Shown here: in pieces, positions 48,895-58,164 of the stretch
Layout: every line of letters begins with the position of its first letter
How positions within the stretch are numbered: position 1 is the first letter of the stretch
Assembly: GCA_963707365.1 (NCBI GenBank)
Contig: CAVPPI010000001.1
Coordinates: 39,257-103,256 of the forward strand
Source: an uncultured candidate division Zixibacteria bacterium
GTDB lineage: Bacteria > Zixibacteria > MSB-5A5 > GN15 > FEB-12
Length of the DNA stretch: 64,000 bases
Direction: 5' to 3'
Notes under the pieces: model-generated
What the model saw: the letters and a program-made list of their open reading frames with translations, nothing else
What the model was told of the DNA's origin: nothing
Database searches by the model: none
Program-made: the position numbers and the translations under genes

Positions 48895-49365
48895 CTAATG
48901 CTCGTGCTCGAAATACGAGGCCGAGAATTTGTCTACAAGCTCCCTGAGTTTGGTGGTGTTAGCCTTGTCGACGGTTTGCTTGCATTTCATGGCCGAAACC
49001 AGCATTTGGTGCAAAAGGCTAATCCTTTCCTGATATTTTTGGTATGCTGCGGTGTCATCGGATGAGGCGGGCTTAATCCGTTGAGTCATGAAATACTGGG
49101 TCACGATCTCCATCAGTTTATCAGCATGAGCTTCTTTGTTCGTAACCCACCGCACAAGCTGGTTGTAGTTTTTGTCGCCTTCGGCTGACAATTTAATAAT
49201 CTCATCCATGCTTTTTTCGATAGTGGTGATATCCTCTTTCATGAGCGTAATTCTCGTCTGATCGTCATAGATACCGCACGGAATCTCGCAGTGTGACCAG
49301 ACGGTCGATGTTGCCATTAGAATTACCGCAACTACGGAGACCACCAGGGTTGCTGCTGTTTTCAT
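48895..49365 (-). CDS. sodN: Nickel superoxide dismutase (NiSOD) precursor with a signal-peptide-like leader
   Basis: The Ni-hook HCEIPCGIYDD (canonical HCDLPCGVYDP) follows the leader MKTAATLVVSVVAVILMATSTVWS. The start is taken at ATG 49365, not the ORF-track start at 49638. Confidence 0.8.
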   Translation of the reverse strand: MKTAATLVVSVVAVILMATSTVWSHCEIPCGIYDDQTRITLMKEDITTIEKSMDEIIKLSAEGDKNYNQLVRWVTNKEAHADKLMEIVTQYFMTQRIKPASSDDTAAYQKYQERISLLHQMLVSAMKCKQTVDKANTTKLRELVDKFSASYFEHEH

Positions 49366-49520
49366 AATTACCCCTTTCGATTTACCTGACTTTTCTGAAA
49401 AACGGGCGCGCCCGGATATTTTCTTTCGAGGGAATAACAGCATTCGGTGGTGGCTGGTTCGAAATAAAAAAGCCGGCGGTCGCCGGCTTTGAGTAAAATC
49501 TGGAATCTGAGATGTGGATG

Positions 49521-49922
49521 TCAGTCGGTGGTGCTTTCCCCGGATTCGGACGAGTCCGACTTTTCCGATGCAAACTTGTCTTTCCACTCGGACAGTTTTC
49601 TGGCAATGTCGGGAATAGTGTCGATAAGGTCGCCCCATTTGCCTTTCTGCGCGGGCAGCAACCTGACGCCTTTGTCGTCCATTATGATAAAAGCAGCCGG
49701 TTCTATTTTGGCTCCGCCGCCACCGCCGCCGCCGAAACCGCTGCCTCTTTTGTCGTCTTCACCCTGGCCACCGCCAGCGCCGAAACCAACCGAAATCTTG
49801 ACAACCGGAATAACAGTTTTGTCTCCCACTGTCAGGGGCTTGCCGATTATGGTCTCGGATTTGGAGATTTCCCTGAGTTCTCCCACGACTCCTTTGAGTA
49901 TTTCGACCACGTTATTGGACAT
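49521..49922 (-). CDS. GerW/YtfJ-family protein
   Basis: The sequence IIGKPLTVGDKTVIPVVKISVGFGAGGG...GGGGGGGAKIEPAAFIIM is the typical YtfJ pattern. Confidence 0.75.
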   Translation of the reverse strand: MSNNVVEILKGVVGELREISKSETIIGKPLTVGDKTVIPVVKISVGFGAGGGQGEDDKRGSGFGGGGGGGAKIEPAAFIIMDDKGVRLLPAQKGKWGDLIDTIPDIARKLSEWKDKFASEKSDSSESGESTTD

Positions 49923-50577
49923 CCTGGTCTCCTTTCTTTTTTCCTATCGCCAATTTTATCAAATCTCTTAAGGGGAGTTTATAGACAAAGACTAAGGTTG
50001 TAAATACAATTCGATAAACCGGTATGGCCAGCGACACTTTCATCGAGCCGTCGAACATCGCCCCATCCCAGCGTGGGATGTAGTTAATTCGTCCCACCAC
50101 CGCCGGCGCAGCTCCCAGGGCGGCCTGGTAGTATCCGAAGGCGGTTCCGGTTGTGTCGGGCGAGTCGAATCCGGCCTCGATTTCTCCCTCGAGCTGCTCG
50201 ACTATAATGCTTTTTAGCAGTGATACGAAGTAGTTCCAGGCGGCGGAGGCAACCGATGGCATGACTTTCAAAAAGTCACCCGGTGACCGTTTTCTACCGG
50301 CTTTTCTCTCTTTGGGTTTCTTCTCGCGCTTCTTTTTTGGCTTTTTCTTACGACCTTCTTCTTCAATCAAGCTGATGGTTTTGATATTCAGCCCGAACAG
50401 TCTTATCTGTCCGGTTTTGCTGGTAAAGTCGAATTCCGGGCCACTACGTCCGAGACCGACAAACAGCAGGCGGCGTTCGGACGATATCGTCGCCCGCAGC
50501 CTTAGCCTCAACAACATCAGCGCCACAATCAGCAGCGAAAGTATCAGAATGAAATATAGCATTCCAAATTTATCCAT
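49912..50577 (-). CDS. DUF2953 (YtfI-like) membrane protein
   Basis: It has an N-terminal TM helix and a basic stretch KKKPKKKREKKPKERK. It is paired with, and overlaps by 11 nt, the YtfJ-like gene, as in the Bacillus ytfI-ytfJ pair. Confidence 0.6.
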   Translation of the reverse strand: MDKFGMLYFILILSLLIVALMLLRLRLRATISSERRLLFVGLGRSGPEFDFTSKTGQIRLFGLNIKTISLIEEEGRKKKPKKKREKKPKERKAGRKRSPGDFLKVMPSVASAAWNYFVSLLKSIIVEQLEGEIEAGFDSPDTTGTAFGYYQAALGAAPAVVGRINYIPRWDGAMFDGSMKVSLAIPVYRIVFTTLVFVYKLPLRDLIKLAIGKKKGDQDVQ

Positions 50578-50710
50578 TCGGGGAGATATCAGCCTTGCTT
50601 ACTTATTATACGATTATCGGCCCGGCGGGGCAAACAAGAAGGGAGATTTTTCCCGGGTTCTGAGCTGTCAACCCGGGAAAATTTCAATCAAACTGCTTTG
50701 GGGCCGCTGC

Positions 50711-52435
50711 TCAGTTGTGGCTGAGAGCCATGATTTCCCACATCAGGGTCGGCGGAATCGAGCCTTCGGCCAGAAGAGCGTCATGGAAGTCTTTTATGTT
50801 GAAGTCGGCTCCTTCACGCTGCTGCGCGGTTCGAAGTAATTTCATGATCTCCATCTTGCCGATAAGATATGCCATCTGATTTGTCGGGGTGGTGGTATAC
50901 CGGCGGACTTCGGTTCTAATGTAATCCATATCGAGTTCAGTACCGACGCCGAGAGCCTCGCTCATCCATCTCACGCACTCGTCGTAGGTGAATTGCCCGG
51001 TATGTAACTTGACATCGGCAATGATTCGTGCGGCCCGGAACCTGATCCCGTCGAGAATGTCGAGCCACTTGGCCGGGTCCTCTTCGCCATACAGTCCGGC
51101 GGAGTACATCAGCTCCTCGCAATACAAAGCCCAACCTTCGATCATGAGGAAATTCCTTTGCCACTTACGCACCGGGTCAGGGTTCATGCCGGCAATCTGC
51201 ATTTGCAAATGATGCCCCGGGTAAGCCTCGTGTACCACATATCCTTTGAACCCCCGTCGTTGTACATAGCGGTATCTTGCTTCAAGCTGTGCTCTGTCGA
51301 GGTCTTTGGGTATGGGTCTGACGTAGAACAACCCTTGTTGAACCGAGTCAAAAGGTGCGGCCGGTTGATAAGCAATACCGGTAACCAGTGACCGCATAAA
51401 GGTGGGGACCTCAGCGACCGTAATCGGGGCGATGTTTTCCGGGATGCTGATCAGGTCATAGGCCTGGACATATATCTTCAGCTGGTTAATCTCCCAGCCA
51501 TAGTAATCGAGGATATCCTGTCTGGTGAAATGGGCCGGAATAAAGACCGAATCGCTGCCGTTCTGGTGGTTGTTCTCGACATATTCTTCGTATTCGAGAT
51601 AGGCCCGGTCGGCCTGAACAAAGAGAGATTCGCCAAGTTTCAGCAGGGAGTCGCTGTCGTAGTCGAGAAAGTACTGGTTGGTCAACATGTAGTCGAAATT
51701 TTCTTTGCCGATAGCAAAACAGCCTTGTGGTCCGGGCGTTATGCCGCCGAGGAAAACCATGAAGTCATTCATGGCTTCACGGGCGTGATTGGAAACCCGC
51801 GCCAGTTCGTCGGCACGTTCGGGAAACTTATTTGACAGCTCGGCGGCGACGTCTTTGTAAAACTGTATTCCCGACTCAAGAGTCCCGGTGGCAGCATCAA
51901 CATGAACCCGCGAAGGTTTCTTGATATTCTTTTTGGCGGTGGCAAGATAGGCGGGCAATGCCTTCATGCGGTTAATAATCGAGACCGCCCGTTCTGAAAG
52001 CGGAGCATGGTTTGAGAGTATCAGGTAATAGATGCCGTTTACCGCTTCGTCGGCGTAAAGCTGGGGTGATTTTTTGTGCCACTGAACTCGTTTGAGATCC
52101 ATCAGGGCAATATCGACGTTGGATTTCAACAATTTGTAATTTACCTGGTCGTGGAGCGAGACGCCGGCCGATTTGTACTTGTATAGTTGTTTTTCAAATT
52201 CGTTAAGCTTTTTGATCATTTGATCAACGGAGCCCGAGGAATAGTCGGTGAAGCGATGGTCATAGGCGTGGATCCCCATCGCGGTTGCTGTGACGGGATA
52301 GAACGACTGAATAGACTCCAGAATTTCACCGCCCAGTTTCGCAAAGGCAGGATTATCGGTGGCGCCGGCGTTTCCGAATGACAGTATGGCCACTATCGCA
52401 ACAGGGCAGAAGCGGCGAAATATATCTCGTAACAT
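50711..52435 (-). CDS. DUF885-family secreted protein (metallopeptidase-like)
   Basis: It has a signal peptide and the conserved motif VVHEAYPGHHLQ. The protein is 574 aa. Confidence 0.75.
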   Translation of the reverse strand: MLRDIFRRFCPVAIVAILSFGNAGATDNPAFAKLGGEILESIQSFYPVTATAMGIHAYDHRFTDYSSGSVDQMIKKLNEFEKQLYKYKSAGVSLHDQVNYKLLKSNVDIALMDLKRVQWHKKSPQLYADEAVNGIYYLILSNHAPLSERAVSIINRMKALPAYLATAKKNIKKPSRVHVDAATGTLESGIQFYKDVAAELSNKFPERADELARVSNHAREAMNDFMVFLGGITPGPQGCFAIGKENFDYMLTNQYFLDYDSDSLLKLGESLFVQADRAYLEYEEYVENNHQNGSDSVFIPAHFTRQDILDYYGWEINQLKIYVQAYDLISIPENIAPITVAEVPTFMRSLVTGIAYQPAAPFDSVQQGLFYVRPIPKDLDRAQLEARYRYVQRRGFKGYVVHEAYPGHHLQMQIAGMNPDPVRKWQRNFLMIEGWALYCEELMYSAGLYGEEDPAKWLDILDGIRFRAARIIADVKLHTGQFTYDECVRWMSEALGVGTELDMDYIRTEVRRYTTTPTNQMAYLIGKMEIMKLLRTAQQREGADFNIKDFHDALLAEGSIPPTLMWEIMALSHN

Positions 52436-52497
52436 GTAACCTCCATATATTCGTAAGTCGTCAATCTACAGAAATCCTGAACCCAATGCAAGCCGTC

Positions 52498-53853
52498 TCA
52501 CTCTCTGTAGAAGACCGAGGCCAACTCGATATGCATCGTATGCGGAAACATATCGACCGGTCGGACTTCGGGCAGCGTATAGCCCGCAGCCACAAGGTCT
52601 TTGGCGTCACGAGCGAAAGTAGACGGATTACAGGAAATATATAGTATTTTCTCCGGCGATAATTTTAACAGGCGTTTGAGAGCTTTGGGGTGCAGTCCGG
52701 CCCGGGGCGGGTCAATTATCACGGCATCGAAGAAAGTCTCCGGCCGGTCGTTTTCTTTCAGATAGTCCCGTACGAACCCCTGGTAGAACTCGATATTCTG
52801 AACATTGTTGAGAAGTGCATTGTCACGCGCCGCCTGTACGGCATCGGCCACCAGTTCGACACCAACGACGTGTTCGACATGTCGCGAAACGAGAATACCG
52901 ATTGAACCCGTTCCACAGTATAGATCGAGAACTCTCTGATTACTTCGGGGCTCCAGCATATCAAAACCGGTGCGGTACAGTGTTTCCGTTTGCACGGTAT
53001 TAGTCTGGAAGAAGGAATTAGCCCGAATGCGAAAAGTGGTTTCGAAGAGGCGTTCTTCTATAAAGCCGCGGCCGTAAAGAACAGTTTCCCTCTCCCCGGT
53101 AGCTATATTGGATTTCTGGCCGTTTTCATTGTGCACTATCGTTGTGATTTGCGGGAAAGCTTCGGTTATCTCGCGTATGAACTTGTCTCTTTCGGGAAAC
53201 AGGCCGTAGTTGGTAACCATGTTGAGCATCAGGTCGGGCGTTCGCTTGGCCTGACGGATCATGGCAAAGCGCAGGTAGCCGGTGTGGTTTCTGACGTCAT
53301 AGACAGCCAGACCGGTACGGGCCACGTACTCGCGAATCCAGATTACGATATCGCTGACGACATCCTGAGTGAGGAAGCACTTTTCGACGTTGAAGATTTC
53401 ATCAAAGCGCCCGCGCCGGTGCAAGCCCAGCGTGAAAGTGTCTTCATCGGTGACATTGAACGAGAATTCCATCTTATTGCGATAGCGGAAGACCTCCACG
53501 GAGCCGATTACATCGCGAACCAACGTATCGGACAGGCCGCCTATTCTCTCAAGACAGTCCGTCACCTGTTTTTTCTTGAAAGTCAACTGGTCCTGATAGG
53601 TCAGGTCCTGCCAGGTGCAGCCGCCGCAATATTGAAAGTGCGAGCACATGGCCGGGACACGCCGTTCGGATTCTTTGAGTATCTTTACGACGGTGGCCTT
53701 GTTGTAGCGTCTCCTGTCGGAAACGACTTCGGCCAGGACGCGCTCGCCCGGCAGCCCGCCATCGAGAAAGATTACCTTCCCGTCGAGATGCCCGACGGCT
53801 TTACCGTTGAAGGCCAGATCAGTGACATCGATTTCGAATTGCTCTCTATCCAA
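52498..53853 (-). CDS. rlmD: 23S rRNA (uracil-C5)-methyltransferase RlmD/RumA family
   Basis: It has a TRAM domain, the Fe-S Cys cluster CSHFQYCGGC, the SAM motif DLYCGTGSIG and DPPRAG. Confidence 0.85.
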   Translation of the reverse strand: MDREQFEIDVTDLAFNGKAVGHLDGKVIFLDGGLPGERVLAEVVSDRRRYNKATVVKILKESERRVPAMCSHFQYCGGCTWQDLTYQDQLTFKKKQVTDCLERIGGLSDTLVRDVIGSVEVFRYRNKMEFSFNVTDEDTFTLGLHRRGRFDEIFNVEKCFLTQDVVSDIVIWIREYVARTGLAVYDVRNHTGYLRFAMIRQAKRTPDLMLNMVTNYGLFPERDKFIREITEAFPQITTIVHNENGQKSNIATGERETVLYGRGFIEERLFETTFRIRANSFFQTNTVQTETLYRTGFDMLEPRSNQRVLDLYCGTGSIGILVSRHVEHVVGVELVADAVQAARDNALLNNVQNIEFYQGFVRDYLKENDRPETFFDAVIIDPPRAGLHPKALKRLLKLSPEKILYISCNPSTFARDAKDLVAAGYTLPEVRPVDMFPHTMHIELASVFYRE

Positions 53854-53855
53854 GG

Positions 53856-54785
53856 TTACTCCTGAGGTCGTCGGTTGTGGCTACATAACGCATCGGGCCG
53901 CCTAAAGTCAATCTTTTCAAGTTGAATAGTACAATGTTCTATGCCGAATTTTTCCCCGAGCATTCTGTTTATTTTTACGATAATATCGGGCCCGGCGGAC
54001 AGATTTTCTTCTTCGACGCAAATATGGCATGACATTGCCGCATCGGAGGAAGACAAAGACCAGATATGCAGATCGTGAATATCTTCGACTCCAGGTGTTT
54101 TTTCAATGGCCTTCACGACCTCATCGAAATCGATCCCCTCCGGCGTCGACTCAAGGAAAATATACACAGCTTCTCTGATCACCAGATACGACGACCAGAA
54201 AATCATGAGGGCAATTATCGAGGACAGGATGATGTCGATGATATACAGTTCAGACAGTATGATTATGATACCGCCAATTATCACGGCCGCCGATGAGATA
54301 GCGTCGTAAGCCATATGAAGAAAAGCGGTTTTCATGTTGAGCGACTTGCCCTTTTCGGAGCGCAGAAGGAGAATGGAGGCGATATTGCCCAGGAAACCGA
54401 TAATTGCCACGACCATAAACAAGGAGGGATTGGTTAAGGGCTGCGGCTCGAGCAGGCGATCATACGCCTCGAGCAGGATGAAAATGGCAATTACCACCAG
54501 CGCGACCGCAGAGATGAAGGCGGTCATAACCTCAACGCGTTTGAAGCCGTAGGTAGACTTCTTGGTAGCAGGTAACTGCGAGCCTTTGAAGCCGAGCCAG
54601 GCCAGCCCCAGCGCGGCAACATCGGACAGATTATGAACGGCATCGGCTATCAATGCCAGATAGCCGGTCATAAGGCCGCCGATAAACTCGGCAGCGGTAA
54701 TTACCAGATTAAAAATTATTGTCCAGATCAGCTTCCGGCCGGAAACGCCCGGATGCAGATGATTATGTTTATGATTGTGCACCAT
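53856..54785 (-). CDS. Cation diffusion facilitator (CzcD/ZitB-like) transporter
   Basis: It has a His-rich N-terminus, TM2 HNLSD and TM5 HMAYD metal sites, and a C-terminal cytoplasmic domain HDLHIW. Confidence 0.88.
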   Translation of the reverse strand: MVHNHKHNHLHPGVSGRKLIWTIIFNLVITAAEFIGGLMTGYLALIADAVHNLSDVAALGLAWLGFKGSQLPATKKSTYGFKRVEVMTAFISAVALVVIAIFILLEAYDRLLEPQPLTNPSLFMVVAIIGFLGNIASILLLRSEKGKSLNMKTAFLHMAYDAISSAAVIIGGIIIILSELYIIDIILSSIIALMIFWSSYLVIREAVYIFLESTPEGIDFDEVVKAIEKTPGVEDIHDLHIWSLSSSDAAMSCHICVEEENLSAGPDIIVKINRMLGEKFGIEHCTIQLEKIDFRRPDALCSHNRRPQE

Positions 54786-54880
54786 AAAAGCTCTAACGCA
54801 TCAGGATGTAGACCTGTTAACTAAAGAATCGGTCGGTGGGCGCGAAAAGTGAATCGGCCCTGTTTCTTAGGAGAACCTGT

Positions 54881-55552
54881 TTAGTCTCCTTTCAGCAGTT
54901 TCAGAGACATAAACCCAAGCACCAGCAGCACTACGAAGGCTACGGCCAGAATGTTGAAGTACTTGTCTATGAGTTGCTTAATTCGTTCGCCGTATTTCCG
55001 GTAGAGCAGCCCTATCACTCCGGCCACAGCAAAAAACCTCAGAGACCGGCTGATCACCGAAGCCACGAGAAAAGGAATAAAGCTCATCTTGAAAAAGCCG
55101 GCCGCTATTGTGAAAACTTTGTACGGAATTGGTGTGAAGCCGGCAATGCCCACAGCCCACGGGCCGACTTTCATACCCATCACCTGCTTTTCATTGAACC
55201 AGTACTGGGCCTGCTCCAGGAGAAACTGCGGGTCGGTGCCTGAGAGCGAGGCCGATATCGACAACAACTTCTCACCAATCAGGTCAAAAGCAAACTGCCC
55301 TATCAGATAGCCTAATACGCCGCCGATGACCGAGCCGATCGAGCATATCACAGCGAAGCGTAACCACTTCTTGTGCGCACCCATGCAAAGAGCAATCAGA
55401 AGAGCATCCGGGGGGACAGGAAAAAACGAGGCTTCCGCCATCGAAAGCACAAACAGAGCGGTCTGTCCGTGTTTGGATTCACCCCAGCCGAGAACCCAGT
55501 CGTACATTGATCTTGTCCAGACCAGTGGTGCTTTGAGTATCTTTATCATCAA
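54881..55552 (-). CDS. YqaA/DedA-type (VTT domain) membrane protein
   Basis: The motifs are ALFVLSMAEASFFPVPPDALLIAL and the protein is polytopic. Confidence 0.75.
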   Translation of the reverse strand: MMIKILKAPLVWTRSMYDWVLGWGESKHGQTALFVLSMAEASFFPVPPDALLIALCMGAHKKWLRFAVICSIGSVIGGVLGYLIGQFAFDLIGEKLLSISASLSGTDPQFLLEQAQYWFNEKQVMGMKVGPWAVGIAGFTPIPYKVFTIAAGFFKMSFIPFLVASVISRSLRFFAVAGVIGLLYRKYGERIKQLIDKYFNILAVAFVVLLVLGFMSLKLLKGD

Positions 55553-55565
55553 GTTGTCCGGGTGG

Positions 55566-56885
55566 TTAGTGTTTCTTGTGTTTACGGTGAGGTTTTTTCT
55601 CGACTTTGAGGCGGACCAGCCTGTTTTCTTCGCGCTCGAGCACGGATATCTTCATATCCTCGATTATAACCGACTCATTTTTGTCCGGCAGGCGTCCCAG
55701 ATGGTCGATAAACAATCCGGCCAGAGTCTCCGCCTTGTTCTCGGGAAGATGGCTGCCCATGAGTTCGTTTATTTCGCCGGGCCACACGGCGCCCTCGGCA
55801 AAGGCTACCGTGTCCGAGTGTTTGACCAGTGATGGTTGCTCGGTATCGTACTCGTCCTGAATATCACCTACGAGTTCTTCGAGGATGTCTTCGATAGTGA
55901 TAATGCCGGCCGTACCGCCGAATTCATCGAGGACGATGGCAATATGCTTTTTCTTGCGCTGGAAAAGGTTCAGCAGTCGCGACAGAGGCATCGAATCGGG
56001 AACGAACAACGGCTTGCGCAGAAGGTCTCGAATAATGATCAGCTCCGGACTGAGCTTGTGAATGATAATGTCTTTGGTGTAGAGTATACCCACGATGTGA
56101 TCGATATCTTTCTCATAGATCGGATAGCGACTGTAACCATCATCGATAATGACCCGCAATATCTCTTTTGGGTCGGCATTCAACTCCATCGCGACCACAT
56201 CGGTACGCGGCGTCATGGCCCGTCGTACGGTCATATCGGCGAATTCAAAAACCGATTTGATGAGTTTTTCTTCGGTTTCGTCGAAGACACCTTTTTCTCT
56301 GCCTTCGAAAATCATGAGGTTGATTTCTTCTTCGGTGATTGCCGTTCGCGAAGAATCCGGTTTTACGCCGATGACATTTACGATAAAGCGGGCGGCGCGG
56401 CTGAGAAGGGTTGAGAAAAACGAGGTGACTTTTATGAACAGGTTCGTTGGTGGCGCCACGTGACGGGCGTAGAATTCGGGATTGGAGAGAGCCAGATACT
56501 TGGGGACAAGTTCACCCAGAACCACCGTTGCGCCGGTGATGGCAATCGCCACGACCGCAACCGAGATCGGTATGGCCCAGCTGGCCAGAAATTCTACGCT
56601 GGAACGACCGAGCGCAGCCTCGAGCTGTTTGACGATGGTGGCTCCGCCGAACACACCGGCCAGCGTGCCAACGAGAGTGATACCGACCTGGATGGTGGCG
56701 AGGAATTTGTCCGGAGTCCGGTGTAATTTCTCGGCGGTTGCGGCTCCACGTTTGCCATCGGCGATTTTCTGCTGGAGGCGGCTCTTGCGACTGGCAATAA
56801 TGGAAAACTCCGACAGTGCGAAGAACCCGTTGGCCAGAATGAGGATGAAAATTGCGAGCAGTTCCAGGGGTAAGTTGGCATCCAT
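55566..56885 (-). CDS. CNNM/TlyC-family protein (DUF21, CBS pair and CorC_HlyC domains)
   Basis: It has an N-terminal 4-TM DUF21 domain, a CBS pair and the C-terminal transporter-associated domain. The protein is 439 aa. Confidence 0.85.
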   Translation of the reverse strand: MDANLPLELLAIFILILANGFFALSEFSIIASRKSRLQQKIADGKRGAATAEKLHRTPDKFLATIQVGITLVGTLAGVFGGATIVKQLEAALGRSSVEFLASWAIPISVAVVAIAITGATVVLGELVPKYLALSNPEFYARHVAPPTNLFIKVTSFFSTLLSRAARFIVNVIGVKPDSSRTAITEEEINLMIFEGREKGVFDETEEKLIKSVFEFADMTVRRAMTPRTDVVAMELNADPKEILRVIIDDGYSRYPIYEKDIDHIVGILYTKDIIIHKLSPELIIIRDLLRKPLFVPDSMPLSRLLNLFQRKKKHIAIVLDEFGGTAGIITIEDILEELVGDIQDEYDTEQPSLVKHSDTVAFAEGAVWPGEINELMGSHLPENKAETLAGLFIDHLGRLPDKNESVIIEDMKISVLEREENRLVRLKVEKKPHRKHKKH

Positions 56886-56949
56886 CTTTTATGGACGCCT
56901 TTCTTCGGGCTGCCGGGCAATGTTCGATTGTCGGTGTGGTATGCTATTG

Positions 56950-57819
56950 TTATCGTGCATAATCCTGATAAATAGAATTTTGAGCCAGTTGGTGCAGTTT
57001 CTCAATTCGCTTCTCCACCGGAGGATGGGTTGAGAACAGCGACGACAGTCCTTTGCCGGAAAGCGGGTTGACAATCATGAGATTGGCTGTGGCCGGACGC
57101 TGATCCAGGTTGAGCCGAACCGGCGCCTGATGAAGTTTCTGCAGCGCCGAGGCCAGGGCGAGATGTTTTCCGGTTATGCGGCCAGACTCGGCATCGGCCT
57201 GGTATTCGCGCTGTCTGGATATGGCCATCTGGATTATCATGGCGGCTATTGGCGCCACGATGGCAGCCGCCAGCAGAGCAATCCCACCGCCGCGGTTTTC
57301 ATTGCGGCTGTAACCACCGAAAATTGCGCCCCAACGTGCGATTGAAGCCAGAATCCCGATTGCGCCGGCCATCGTGGCCGCGATAGTACCAATCAGCATA
57401 TCTTTGTTTTGTATGTGTGCGATTTCATGGCCGATGACGCCGCGAAGTTCATCGTCGCTTAGAAGCTCCAGCAAACCTTCCGTGGCCGCCACAGCAGCAT
57501 GTTCAGCATTGCGGCCGGTCGCAAACGCGTTGGGGGCCTTGCCCGGCACAATGTAAACCTTTGGCATCGGCATCATGGCATTGACCGTGGCAACTTCCTT
57601 GACTATGCGATACAGGCGGGGATGGTCAGGCTCGTTGATTTGCCGGGCGCGGTACATTTTCAAGACCAGCTTGTCCGAAAACCAGTAGCTGAAGAAGTTC
57701 ATCACGGACGCTATCAGAAAGGCGATGAACATGCCGTTCTGTCCGCCGATCAGATAGCCCACGCCCATAAAAATGGCCATGAGAGCCAACATCAATATGA
57801 AAACTTTAAGTCCGTTCAT
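56950..57819 (-). CDS. htpX: Protease HtpX (M48 zinc metalloprotease)
   Basis: It has the HEIAH zinc motif (GVIGHEIAHIQNKD), four TM segments and the C-terminal STHPPVEKRI. Confidence 0.9.
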   Translation of the reverse strand: MNGLKVFILMLALMAIFMGVGYLIGGQNGMFIAFLIASVMNFFSYWFSDKLVLKMYRARQINEPDHPRLYRIVKEVATVNAMMPMPKVYIVPGKAPNAFATGRNAEHAAVAATEGLLELLSDDELRGVIGHEIAHIQNKDMLIGTIAATMAGAIGILASIARWGAIFGGYSRNENRGGGIALLAAAIVAPIAAMIIQMAISRQREYQADAESGRITGKHLALASALQKLHQAPVRLNLDQRPATANLMIVNPLSGKGLSSLFSTHPPVEKRIEKLHQLAQNSIYQDYAR

Positions 57820-57952
57820 TTCAATATCTTCTCCCTATAAATCTAACAAAAGACGGTGGTACGGGTCAACAACTTTCATTTTATACCTATATAGCGAGAC
57901 AGATATTCAAAAGTTCCCGTTTCCCGCTTTCCACTTAGTCTTTGACGAACAG

Positions 57953-57984
57953 CAAAAAAGAGAGCCGGAGTGTTTTCTCCGGCT
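57953..57984 (-). terminator. Rho-independent terminator 15 nt after the stop at 57999
   Basis: The minus strand reads AGCCGGAG-AAAACA-CTCCGGCT followed by CTCTTTTTTG. Confidence 0.8.
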
Positions 57985-58164
57985 TCTTAACGCGATTATC
58001 AGGCACTCGGTTTCTTTCGTTTGCCTCTGCCGAAGGAGATATTCTCCTTTGAGAATTCCGATTTCTCGGGTTCTCCTTCCGTAGCCGGCTCTTCCGGGCG
58101 AGGCTCATTCTTGGCCAGAGGTGTGCGACGCGACTTCCCGCGCCCGAACACCTTCGGTTTGCCC

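Noticed and set aside
49366-49638. 91-aa N-terminal extension of the NiSOD ORF given by the ORF track
   Set aside because: The extension is Arg/His-rich and non-protein-like, and it overlaps the 3' end of the GerW-like gene. The internal ATG at 49365 yields a compact signal peptide placed directly before the nickel hook.
50655-50690. Hairpin TTTTCCCGGGTT-N11-AACCCGGGAAAA as the terminator of the DUF885 gene
   Set aside because: On the minus strand the stem is followed by A-rich rather than U-rich sequence. It may still be a structural element, but it is not a canonical intrinsic terminator.
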